Below, in pieces: positions 41,326 through 53,848 of a stretch of 64,000 nt of DNA (position 1 is the stretch's first letter; every line of letters starts with the position of its first letter). A program made the position numbers and the translations under genes. Origin of the DNA: Chara braunii (lineage: Eukaryota > Plantae > Charophyceae); NCBI GenBank assembly GCA_003427395.1, contig BFEA01000006.1, forward strand, positions 4,998,983 through 5,062,982. The letters are read 5' to 3'. The notes below the pieces were generated by a model. The model ran no database searches and had not been told where the DNA came from. It saw only the letters and a program-made list of their open reading frames with translations.

Positions 41326-41370
41326 TACAGTTAGCGGGACTCGAACCCACAAGGCGCGAAGCAAAGATTT
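41326..41370 (-). pseudogene. 3' half of an organellar class II tRNA (Leu-like)
   Basis: long variable arm, T-arm GTGGG-TTCGAGT-CCCGC, acceptor 3' strand TAACTGT plus discriminator A. Confidence 0.6.
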
Positions 41371-41447
41371 AATTTGGAATATAGAAGATTCTATTCAAGG
41401 TTTCAACATAATATTTTAGATTCAATTTAGTGAATAAAAAAAAAGAC

Positions 41448-41482
41448 TTACTAATTCATTAATATTATCAATGAATTAGTAA
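41448..41482. other. AT-rich 13-bp hairpin, plastid intergenic-like
   Basis: TTACTAATTCATT-9 nt-AATGAATTAGTAA flanked by A runs. Confidence 0.55.
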
Positions 41483-44400
41483 AAAAATAGCAAGAAAGTT
41501 AATAAACATCAACTTGTCTATGGTTGCTGCAGATGGTGAGTCTGGGGCACCTTAGTTAAGTCCGCTAGTACCGCTATCCGCTTACACATTTTATCCATGG
41601 TGGTTCCCATTTCGGCCATGTCATCTCAATGGATAATGGCGAGCACCGAAAGTCCCCTGCTTTGGTGTTCTTGTCCACAACAGTCCTTCCGTCATCAACA
41701 CTTCTCTCTTGGTCCTTTTTCCTTGGATACCTTACTCTTTGCCCATATGTCCTCTGCTCCTGTAGGCTGGCCACCCGATGTCACCATCTTCATATCTGAT
41801 CTCACAGACTTCCTTGTCCTTGAAGGAGGTAGTTAATGGTAAGTGTACAGTGTATCCCTAACCTGCTGTTGTGTTACCCTATATCTCATATGATCATTCT
41901 TGCCACTTTTCACCCAATCTGCCAACTCTGAAAGGCACGAATCTCAACACCCTGGTTCAGTTCTCAGTCCAGGTCTCAGTTCCGAGTCCTAGTCCCAGTC
42001 CTAAGTCCCAAGTCCCAAGTCCCATGTCCCAGTTCCGAGTCCCACGTTCCATCCCGTGTTCCATTAGTGGTTCCGGCCACTTGTACAACATTTACAAATA
42101 CTCTAGAAGAGCCTTTGTACCATGATTGCAGAGGCCTAAACAAGGTTGTCAAGTAAATTGTGGTAGAAAGCCCCTGATACATATGGGGCCAAGGATCCGC
42201 AAAGTGATGACAAGGACTCGAATGGACAATGCAGTGTAAGCAAAGCATCAACAAGCACAATGCAGCGCAGTGGAAGACTCAAAGATATGACCTGACCTAT
42301 CAGATACTGACACGACATCCCACCATACACCACACATGTGAGACAGGGAGGAGGGGCCACACACATCCCTCCTTGCACACGCACATGGGGGAGATACCAC
42401 GGATGAGAGATGGGGGGAGAGGCAAGCCGAAGACGGAGGTGAGGGAGAAGACCAAGATCGTGATAGCGAAGTCCAGAAATGGTCTCCCTGCCGAATGTCC
42501 AATCAATGTCTGCCACAACAACGTCGAATCAGATCCTGGGCTTCATGCCCGATGTAGCCTCTGCACGTAACCTCTCTCTCTCTCTCTCTAAAAGGAGGAG
42601 GACGAAGGAGGGAGAAGAGATGGAGGGCGAGACGAAGAAGAAGAAGAAGATGTCGTCCTCTCGCTGTCTCACCTGCAGGTAACTGCCGCCATGTACTGAC
42701 TGCCGAATGTGGAGCGCAGCTATGGCGCCCAGGTAAGTACCGCCACTGAAGGTATGGCCTCCGCCTCACATCCTACCTACACCTCTACCTCTACAGCAGC
42801 GTGTCCCCCAAGAAGTGAGCTACTTGAACTGTGTGCTGCCCTGGCCTTGACCCAGCTATATGTAGCGCTGGGCCAGCCGGTCAGCCTTTGTGTGCCTCTG
42901 GTCCTACGCCCAAAACGTGGGCCTACTAGGTCTGGGTCCTGACCGGACGTCCAGACCCTTCACCTCCTCCAGAGCGGCCTGCCTATTGGTGAACCCGGCC
43001 CAAGGCGCGACATTGGGGACTGCAGGTCCGAAACGACGCTTGACAGCAAATAAATAAATAAATGAAAGTTGTCTCAAATCGAATCCTGTGGCCTAAGGGC
43101 CAGCTGTGGGCCTCCAAGGTGCGCATCCGAAGGGCGTGCGGCCTGGGGGCCCCTAGCAACCGTTTGGCCCCCAAAATGGGGCCCGTGTGCAGGCTCAACA
43201 TGTAACCCCTGCCCCCCCTCTCCTTATGAAGTCGAGCAGACGATCCGATGGTGGAACCTGGACGCGAGTACGACATGGAGCCGAAGGTGCCGACTTGCCC
43301 TGCTGTTTGCGTTTGTAACGTGCGAGAACATCAGGGCTGTAGCCTGAAGTTCTGCACGGGTCAATCAACGGTCAGCCTTATGGCTACAATAAGAGAAATG
43401 TACTACTCCGTCGGCTTGGTGCCATAGCGCCACTGCGTAACGATGTTGCTAACCTCCTGAAAAATGTCCATGGGGGGTGGGTCTTGCGATCTTCGCCCGG
43501 GAAAGTCATCGCATTCCACCAAAACGAAAAGAGCCAACTTTGAACAATGAAAGACCTCGCAGACAGACAAGTGGGCAGGCACCCGAATGACAAATGAAGG
43601 TGCTTCGGGTGCGTCACCAGGGGGCGCTACGATGCGCCAAGGTCCTACCCATTTCGAAAGAAGCTTGCGAGAGATATCTTATTCGAGGCTGAGTTCCGCA
43701 GTGGAGACCCAAACGAGGTCGCCGGCGTGGAACGAACAAGGAAGACACTGGCGATTGGCCTGATGGCTCATGCATTGCTGCGTCTTCAACATCTGGTCTC
43801 GTGCCTTAACAAGGAGCTCTTGGATCCGTCGAATGAGGATAAGGTGGTCGTCGCTATTGGTTGCCCGTGGGATGGTAGTGTCCAACAATGATGTGACTGG
43901 CGAGCCATGCTCGAACTCAAAGGGCGATGTCCCGATAGCCGGATGAATGGATGAATTGTAAGCCAACTCGACGTCCGACAACCGTTGGGACGAATGAGAG
44001 TGCGAAGAAGAACCTGTGCGGTTTGATGCGCCCTCTTCGTCTGGCCATCGGTTTGTGGGTGGTGAGCCGAACTCGGCTTCAGAGATGAGCCCCATTGTTT
44101 TTCGAGAGCCAGCCAAAAGTCGGACATGAATCGAGTGTCGTGGTCGCAGACGATCCTCCTTGGTACGAATCCAACCGACATAAAGAACCTCGGCCAACTC
44201 CGGTGCATTGGCGTGATAGTGACAAGGCAAAAACATGGCGAACTTGGTGAGTCGATCGACCACCATGAGACCCCCATCCACACCGGTCTTGTGCTTGGGG
44301 AACGGCCCGGTGATGTCCATGGCAATCGACTCCCGTCGTCCTAAGGGGACCGGTAATGGTCGCAACTCACCGTACGGACGATGGTTGTGGGATGTGCAAC

Positions 44401-46189
44401 ACCGACAAACCTTGCATGACTTGCAATAGCATGTAACGTCGCCGAGATGGCCGGGTCACCAAAAGCGCTTGCGAAGTCAGCCAATCGTACGATTGGCTCC
44501 AAAGTGTCCGGTGGTGGGAACGTTGTGAAACTCGCCAAGAAACCGCGGACGCAAGTATGGATCACTTGGCACATAAAGAAGATCCTTCCCCCATGAGTGG
44601 ACTAGCAAATAGCCCTCTTGGATCCGATAGTGCGATGGTGTCGGATTTGGAGAGCAGCAGTTCGCGTACTTGTCGCGAAACTCAGAATTGGCTTGATAGC
44701 CGTGGATGAAGTTGTCGAACGTCGAGTAAACCGCGCTACAAAGGTCCGGGCGCCGTGAAAGAGCATCCACAAAATGGTTTGACTTTCCTGGGATGTGATC
44801 GGGGAAGAAGTCGAACTGGTCGATGAAAGCCATCCAACGGGCGATGGTGCTATTGACTGTGTCCTGGGTCTTGTAGAAGACCAACGGATTGTTGTTCGTT
44901 ACCCATCGGAATTAACTTCGACCGAGAAGAAAATGCTCCCACCGCTTAATTGTGTGTACGAAGGCTAATAACTCCTTCCGCGTGTCGTCAATCAATGCAT
45001 GAAGGGCACTTTCTTACTAAAGTACTCAACCGGGTGCCAGTCCACACCATCGTGTTGCTCGAGGACCACACCAATGCCATAGCCGGATGCATCAATAGTG
45101 ACGCGCGTCGGCAAAAGCGGGTCCTAGATGCGTAAAACCTCCGCGGATAGCAAGGCGGCTTTGAGGGCCAAAAAGGAAGTTTGCGCATCGTTACCGGTCG
45201 AACAACCGATCCTTGCATTGAAGCTTGGTCAAATGGGTCACGATCTTTGAATAGACTTTGATAAAGCGTTGATAGTAGCCGACTAGGCCAAGAAACGAAT
45301 GGACATCCATAACGTTCTTTGGCTCCGGCCACTACGACTTGAATCTTGTTTGATAATGGACTAATGCCCTCCAATGTGACAAAATGGCCCAAGTACTCCA
45401 ACTCTTGCTGTACGAATTCACACTTGTCACGGTTGGCTTTGTACTTGGCATGACCGAGCGTTTCCAACACGCGTCGAAGATGCTCGAGATGGTCCTCCAA
45501 GGTCAGGCTATAGACGAGAATGTCGTCCGAGTGGACCGACACAAACTGGTCCAACATCGCGTGGAACTCGTTGGTCATCGCTGCTTGAAAAGTCGACGGG
45601 GCATTGGTGAGGCCAAAACGCATGACAACCCACTCAAAATGCCCGTACGGTGTCTTGAACGTGGATAGGTAGCGATCTTGAAGGCATATCGAAATTCGAT
45701 TTCAAGTCCAACTCGGAAAAAAATTTCGAGCCGCCCAAATGCTCAAGAGGATCGTCCATACGAGGAAGAGGCCCCACATTCTGGACGGTTTGCGCGTTGA
45801 GCTTGCGATAGTCAATGTATAAGCGAAAATCCTTGTTCTTCTCCTTACGAAGAGAACCGGCACACCGTACAGTGAGCGACTTGGGTGGATCCAACCTTTT
45901 TCCAACAAGTCATCGAGTTGCGCGCGGAGAACCGCGAGCCCCTCCTCGCTCATACGATAAATGCATTTTTTCGGCGTCACGACACCGGCATCAAGAATGA
46001 TCTCACTGGAGATCGGCCGACCCGACACCACACCGGTAGGAAACTCGATGACGTCGGTGAACTCGTCAAGCAACCGCACCACGCAGGTGTCCGAAGACAA
46101 GTCCATGGGTGAAGGGTCGGTCGCTGCAACAGTCCTAAGTGCAAGTGGACCGGAAAGACTTGGCCATCACAACTTGGCACTGGATCAAA

Positions 46190-47530
46190 GGGTGTGGAAG
46201 AGGCATGGTACACGACACCTCGGCGCCAAAGGCGTCGCGAACAGTAAGCGTCCGCTGACAGTGTGGTCCGCATTTGCGAGCCAAGGCATCCCCAAAATAA
46301 TGTCGAAGTTCGTGTCCAAGACGTGAAACGTAACCGGCTCGCATGCATGAGGTGCGCAATAGAATGACACGACTTCCATGTAGCGATCAAGAACTTGTTG
46401 CGTCCGGCCGTCCGCCATCTTGACCGTCGTAGGATGTGGCTTCCTTCGAACTTGTGCGCCAAGGCCGGTCTTTTGTATAGAGGACCGAGTCATAAAATTG
46501 TGAGTCGCGACGCTATCCAGCAAAGAGTTGCAGGACGCTTTCCCAACTTGGATGCGGACATACAGGAGCGGTGCGTTGTTGTCATCGTACCGCTGCGTGC
46601 GAAACTCGTGGGCCACCTTGGTAATACATACGAGGAGGTCCCACACCGCAACTTTGTCTTCCGTCGGCGAAGTTGATGGTGCATAGAAGGACAAATATGT
46701 GACCGCCGTAGGATGTGGCTTCCTTCGAACTTGTGCGCCAAGGTTGGTCCTTTGTATAGAAGACTGACTCATAAAATTGCGAGTCGCGCCGCTATCCAGC
46801 AAAGCGCTGCAGGACGCTTTCCCAACTTGGTGCGGAAGAGGGATGGTACACGACACCTCGGCGCCAAAGGCGTCGTGAACAGTAAGCGTCCGATGACCAT
46901 GTGGTCTGCATTTGCGAGCCAAGGCATCCCCAAAATAATGTCGAAGTTCGTGTCCAACACGTGAAACGTAACCGGTTCGCATGCATGAGGTGCGCAATAG
47001 AATGACACGGCTTCGATGTAGCGATCAAGAAGTTGTTGTTTCCGACCGTCCGCCATCTTGACCGTCGTAGGATGTGGCTTCCTTCGAACTTGTGCGCCAA
47101 GGCCGGTCTTTTGTATAGAGGACCGACTCATAAAATTGTGAGTCGCACCGCTATCCAGCAAAGCGTTGTAGGACGCTTTCCCAACTTGGATGCGAACATA
47201 CAAGAGCGGTGTGTTGTTGTCATCGTACCGCTGCGTGCGAAACTCGTGGGCCACCTTAGTAATACATGCGAGGAGGTCCCCCACTGCAACTTCGTCTTCC
47301 CTCGGCGAAGTTGATGGTGCACAGAAGGACAAATATGTGACCGCCGTAGGATGTGGCTTCCGTCGAACTTGTGCGCCAAGGTCGGTCCTTTGTATAGAAG
47401 ACTGACTCACAAAATTGCGAGTCGCGCCACTATCCAGCAAAGCGCTGCAGGACGCTTTCCCAACTTGGATGTGGACATACAAGAGCGGTGCGTTGTTGTC
47501 ATCTTACCGCTGCGTGCGAAACTCGTGGCA
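46190..47530 (-). repeat. nested tandem duplications of the protease region (638-bp unit containing a ~279-bp unit)
   Basis: LLDS(G/V)AT motif four times (~46512, 46791, 47150, 47430). Confidence 0.9.
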
Positions 47531-49173
47531 CCGCTTCCAAAAGGAGAAGAAACCGCACACACACCTTGTCCTTGAGCTAGAGAACCCAACGAGGGAATGA
47601 GCCGGGCAACATAGTCCTTGAAAGAATAAAGGAGAGGACTTACGACTTCTGCATGTGCCTTGGAACTAAGGGAGGTTGCTCACGACGCAACTGGTGCTGA
47701 AGGCGTCGGGAGTGCAGCCGCACCACTCTCGGCGGTGCTCACCTTCCCTGAAGGGACTTTCCCTTGGCTTTTGCAGTACAGTTGGCCGTTTCGTGAAGGT
47801 CGTTGTTGCACCACAAACAGTATTTGAATCTCGTGCGGATCTTGTATACGCCCTTCGAGAGACCGTAATGGAGCTAAGGTTCTTGAGCTGCTTGTCCGGG
47901 CCCGGGGTCCTTGATTTGTCATGTCTTCGCCCTTTGGCGGGGCGGCCACCATCCCGGGTGGCTGCTAATCTTTCTCCCTCGTTTGATGGCGCAGCCTCGT
48001 TTGAAGAATTGGTCGGCGTTGTTGTTGCGACCACGGCCACTTTCATGATGCTGATCTCTGCCCTGCCCTGCAAAAGACGAATGACCAGCATTGTGGGCCT
48101 CCGTGTTCGTCACAATTATCTGCGAAGCCTTGTTGAAGAGTTCCTCACTTGTGGTGAGAGTCTCCGCGACTTGCGTCAATGCGTTCTGCAACGCCGGGCA
48201 CGACCTCGTGGTGAAGAAGTGCTTGATGCCCGAAAAGGCGAGCGGCAAGTCGGCGTGGATGCCAAGCGTTGGTACTCGGTCATCCAGTCCACGCTTGGCA
48301 AGGTGTTCTGATGGAACTTTTGGAGTTTCTCCATTGCCTGAAGCTCGGGCGGCTCCACTTGGAACCGCTTGTGCCATGCTGCCTTGAGATCGTTCCAACT
48401 GATGTTCGTGTGCAGCTCGGAGACTGTGACCTGCTAAGTGGACAACAAATACGCGCCCCCCTACCGATGATATAAATACGCGTATCGGCTGCTGCTCCAA
48501 CCGTTGACCAGCTGCTTGGAACTGCTGATTCACTGTTTGCTGCTGCCGAGCACCGTCCTTTAAAGTGCCTACGTCATGCTCCAGAATGTTGATGCGATCG
48601 ACGAAGTTGAGGGGCCGGCATCTGGAGTGGCAATGGGTCGCTGTTCCAGCAGCTTTATGTGGCTGGTCAACTGTGCGACCGTCTGCTTGTGGTCACGGAC
48701 CACGTGGTCGAGGCAGTGGATGTCCTGCTGTGCAGTGCAGATAGCCACAAGGTCCGTGAAGCAGGAAAGCAAAAGTGAGAGCTTGATCCCGCTGTTGCTG
48801 ATTTCCCCGCCTTCTGCTTCTGTCCGCCATTCTGCGGCCAGCGCAAGTAGTGCACTTTCCTCCTATTTATCTTGTCGCGTCGTTGTAGGCGTTCCTCAGC
48901 GACAGCCTTCGCTACTGCTTTGTCTTGCTTCTGGCGTTGTTCCTCTGCAAGAAGACATTGTTTCTCTGCCTCCTCCTCCTCTTTCTTCCGTGCGGCTGTC
49001 GCCGTGTCTGCCTGCTGCTTGATCTGTGCCTTCAAGGTCAGCATCCGGGCCTCGCAGGCCTCGGTTGTTTCCCCTTGCTTCTGCTCCATGTCGCAGGACT
49101 GCTGATGTGGCACTGACTCCTGCTGACATGGCACGGCTGTTGGCTGACGTGTCACTGACATGTCACTGCTGAG

Positions 49174-49252
49174 ATGGCCTGCTGACATGGCCTGCTGACA
49201 TGGCCTGCTGACATGGCCTGCTGACATGGCCTGCTGACATGGCCTGCTGACG
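49174..49252 (+). repeat. 14-bp minisatellite (ATGGCCTGCTGAC-type) in leader of element D
   Basis: about 6 tandem units. Confidence 0.9.
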
Positions 49253-50685
49253 TGGGAACTCGTCAATGCCGCAGCAGTGAGAAGCAGAAGACAGGTGGGG
49301 GAGGAGAGAAGGACTCATCTTGGCACCTGGGCTACATTGGCCACCCTTTCTCTCTGGAGTGTTCCTCCTGAACTAGGCCTAGCAGCACCTAACGTTTATC
49401 CCACTCAATACCTTCTCCCCCAATCTGTTCCAATGATACAGCGGCATGGATGGGGAGGGTGGGAGGTTGGAAAGTGGGAGTCATAAAATACTAACACTTC
49501 CCTACCCCCATGGGGTCGCACACATCACCCAGATAAGGAGCCACTAATCAAATTGAAAAGTTCGAACTTTGCGTAAAAAATGATCATTTCGAAAAAAAAA
49601 TTAAAATAAAAATAAAAATTGCAAGTTCGGTAGATCTCCTAATTCCCAGAATTCGAAATTGTAATGATAAGAAATATTTTGACTTTGCGAGGATCTGGGT
49701 CCTCGGCAGGCCTGAGGGGCTTCTTGCTGCAGATGTGCCCGCCCTAAGTGAAGGCGGGCCTAACAAATCATGAGAGGCCCCTAAGCTCTCAATTTCGTAT
49801 TTGGGGTCCAGGCAGTTTCGTCGCGCCACTTGGTTGAGGGAAACACAGGCCGAGCAGCGAGACATTCCACGGCCTTCCAGGCCTTTCCAAATGATGCAGG
49901 CCCTGGACGAGATTCGCAGGCTCATACACAGACAGTTGGGAGGCCCAACCGAATGAGGCCCAGTAGCTGCAACAGAGGCGCAGCATCCTGTGGCCTACCG
50001 GAAGCTTCTGGGCCCAGGCCCAGGCCAGCCGCTGCGAAGGCAGGCAGGCTCTTTCCATATAGGAAACAGCTCGCTGCCTGGAGCCTTATTCAGCACTTGC
50101 ATGCTGGTGGCAGCGCTGCTGGAGCGGAGGCTCGTGGGCTGCTGCTGGCGCGGAGAGGCAAGGTGCTAGCGTGGTCGTGCAGGGAGCAGGGCGCTGCTGA
50201 GGGCAGCGCCATAGCCCAGCCTTCATAGCTGGATGGGCTCGGGCTACAGTGAGGCGCAAGGGTGGTTTTCAGGTGTACAGAGCGAAAACTTGGGAGTAAG
50301 TCAGGGGAGAGAGAGAAGGATGATGATGATGATGATGATGCGAGGGCGCATACCTGGTATTGGCGATGGTCTGCATTGGGCGACATCTTCAAGTACTTCG
50401 TGGGCTGCTGACGTCAACAGTTGCATTGCCAATTAGTAAGCAGACAGTAGCTGTGTAGGAAGTAGGCTGGGCGCCGAGCGCCAAGTAGGGAGATAGGGCC
50501 TGGACACTCGTGTTGGTGGTGGCGAGAGCAAACTCTCATTCACATTGGTTTTCAGTGTTACGATTCTTCATTGGTGTTATATTGGTGCATTTCTGCTTTC
50601 TGGACACTGTGATACTATCTGGCCTTCAATGTGATTGTGCATTCTGGATATTGTTATCTCGCTGTTGCTCATTTTCCTTGCAATT

Positions 50686-50697
50686 TGGTATCGGAGC
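50686..50697 (+). promoter_or_regulatory. primer binding site, tRNA-iMet type
   Basis: TGGTATCGGAGC 3 bp after the LTR CA. Confidence 0.9.
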
Positions 50698-51923
50698 TGG
50701 TTCGAACTGCGCTTCATTGACTCTTCGCAATAGCTGTTTGGTGCTTCGCACGAGGTGTGGGGCAGTAATAAGGCTTGGGCGTTGAGTGATAGGCGGCCCA
50801 GGGTCGTGTGGGCGCGCCAGGAAGCTATGTGGTGACATTAGGGATGTACGCTGGATGATGAGAGGTCGCTGATGTGGCATTTACGCTGAGGTGGAACTGC
50901 ATTCTGTTGTTGGTTGTGCCGAGGCAAAGACCGGTCATCATTAATGCACATCAGGTTGCCAGTGAGAAATCTGTGGTTGGGGGCAGCATTATGAGGTACG
51001 TTGCTCTCTTCCTTATCTACCCTCTCCATTACTTCTTACCGTTAGGAAGTGAGTTCTGTCTTGAGAGTCCACTCAATGTGAGGTGTCACGAGCGCTCAAC
51101 CTTGACAGTCAACATTCTTCTTGGGCAGCAAGCTGGTGGGAGACGGGCGAAGCCTCTGAAGAGCCCTGGACGAAGCACTCGGGTCACCGTCACCATGCCA
51201 ATCCACTGGGACTAGTACATGCATGCTTCGCCGCAAGTCCTTGGTTCTGCTGTTGCGCAATGCAGGGCATGCCAGCCCTTTGAACAGATGCTCACCAGAC
51301 CGTCTATAAATATTTCTGGCGGGATTCGGTGTTGACTCTGGTTGTGATCGTCGTCCTGTCTGCGATGTTAAATAAGTCCTGAGGACCTTGGGGGCTGTCC
51401 TTAAACTGCCTCTTGATCAGCCAGATCAAACCGGGTGTAAGGCTTGTTGCATGCGAGGGTAAATAAAGTGCAGGGGCTGGCAGGTTCGGCATCCAACTTC
51501 AGACACGCCGCTCAACCAGATGCTCAGGGCATTAACATAAAGTGACAACTCAAGAAGGATGCAGGGAGACAAGGGGGATTTCGGTAATAGTTCGCTGTGG
51601 CAATAATTAGATGAATTGCCATCCAGCATGCATATCCACAGGTAATTATTTTTATTTTTGATTACTTAGTTGCACAGACTTGTTAACAACTGACAGACAA
51701 CTGCAGATAGGTTAGTTCCTTCCTTGCTGCATTGCATTCGGTGTAACAGTAATCTAAAAATAGAATTGAACTTACCTGTAGGACCCCACATTGATTGCTG
51801 GTTACCACTTGACATTTTCTCTCTAGGCTGACTGGAATTAGTTGATTGTTCATACGCGGTTGGGTGTAATGCTGAGGTAGGATTTATTGTGGACTCTAGT
51901 TTAGATCACACACACTGTAGCTC

Positions 51924-53846
51924 ATGAGTGAAGCTGCTAGTAGTGAGGAGTTAGTGGAGGATCTTGGGATTACTCGTAGAGCTGCTCTCAGTCGGCCCTT
52001 GACCTTCCTGGAGATAATTCCAGGAGAAGAAAGGAGATTGCGGAGAGAAGCTCGGGAGAGAGCGGCATTGCGGAGGACAAGACACACCGAGGCCAGCGCC
52101 AGGGCTATAGCTAGCACATGTGTGACCATGGCTACCTCCTCTACCATGTCACAGGCCTCTTCCCAGGCCTCTTCGTCAGGAATCAGTCAAAGTACCCAAG
52201 GCTCCATAAGTCAGTCTGTTGGTTCACAAGTCCGCCAACAACCCCCACTCACGCCAAAGGATTATGAGATCCTCCAAGCGGAAGCTCTTCATGATGAGTT
52301 GCAGCGGCAACTGGGAGAAGTAGACGAGAGGAGAGAAAGGGCAAGATTGAGAAAAGTCAGGTTAGGCACTAGGCTTCAGGAACTAAGAGGGTTAGAAGAA
52401 CTAGATGAGTCTACATTAAATCCTGTTGAGTGAGCGCTGCGTAACTCGCTACTATGTGTGGCAGAAACGCAGGTCGTTCAACATGAACTGTTGGTTGAAC
52501 TAGTGGCAGGCCAGAAACGAATTCTGGCTGCACTTCAGGGACCTCGTCCAATCATGAGGCAGCCCCAATTCTCTGTAGTTGCCCCTTCGGTTGCAGGTCC
52601 TTCAGTGACGCCATTGCCGATAGGGCAAACCTTCTCGCCTATGTATGGCATGCCTCTCTCAGGCGGACAACCAGTAGTTAGTGGTCCGGTCCATAGAACT
52701 TCTTCTGTACCGTCCACGACGGTGGTAACTACAGTCCCATCGTCAGGACACGCCCAGGTTAGCGTGCAGCAACCTGTCCCAGTGGCCATGCAGCCACTGC
52801 AGCAGTCGCCTGGGCAGATCCAACCTATGCAGTGGATGCCCAAGATTCCTTTGCCGAGTCCTACGCCTTTCTCTGGCGATAGGAAGAAGGACGAGGACCT
52901 GGACACCTGAGTGAGGAATGTGCCTACCTACATGAGGCACAAGCTCACAAGGCCAGAGCAAGAAGTTACAGTTGCTGTCTCCTTTTTAGAGGGATCGACA
53001 ACACGTTGGTTAAATGGCTTAGTGCAGCAACAGGGCTACGGTCAAAATTTCGATGCCTGGGCCCAGACCCAAACATTGAAAGACTTCGTACGAACTGTGT
53101 ATAATAGGTGGCATGACCCTCAAGGGGCTCAGAAGGCCACAAACGCGATCAACAATCTTTGCGCCAAAAGGTACAAAAATGTCTGCGAGATCACAGACAC
53201 CGTAGCACGTCTGCTCGTGGTACCTAGTGTGTGCTACGACCAGCAGGTACTCACATATTACTTAAGATGTCTACCTTCAAAAGTTAAGACTAAGTTGGCG
53301 GATGAGGCCTACTTCGACCAACATAACTTCGCCTCTTTCAACAAGAAAGCCTTAGATATAGGCAAAGCTTGGGTCCGCGCATCAGAGTCAGGGAGATGGT
53401 AGGAAGAAGAGACTTCTCAGGACCGGAAGAAGAAAGGTCAACTCATGTTCGTCGACCATGATGGTCAGACGATTGAAATTGACGACTTTTCAGACCTTGG
53501 GGATGAGACAGAGCATGGTGGGGCCAGTGAGACTTCGGATGGGGGAGTTGTGGCGCCCATCAAAGAAAAGGCTAGGGGGACCGGGAAGCAAAAGGTAGGC
53601 CGGTCTACGGGTCAGGACGACCAAGGAACACCCGTATGGGTAAAACTTGGTTTAGATTACGAGGTGTGGAGGGACCGAGTTGCCAGGGGCACATGCATGA
53701 ACTGTGGCAACTATGGCCACACGTCGAGAACTTGTCGAGGTAAGAAGGTCATGACGAGGGTAGCCGCTCCAACGGTAGTGGGTTTATCCTCGAACCCTGG
53801 CAGTGCTTCTGCGAGCACTTCGCAGGGAAAAACCTCGGGCCAGTAG
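51924..53846 (+). pseudogene. gag: gag with zinc knuckle, interrupted by stops/frameshift
   Basis: PTPFSGDRKKDEDL, FLEGSTTRW, CMNCGNYGHTSRTC. Confidence 0.9.
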
Positions 53847-53848
53847 GA

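Larger units (their letters stand above)
42082..49660 (-). mobile_element. degenerate Ty3/gypsy chromovirus (element D): 3' LTR ~42082-43200, PPT 43211-43225, IN, RH, RT, amplified PR, gag, 5' leader; 5' LTR absent
   Basis: PLPVP..SIAMDITG..VVDRLTK; FGLTNAPSTFQ..HSDDILVYS; LLDSGATRNF; left LTR boundary approximate. Confidence 0.9.
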
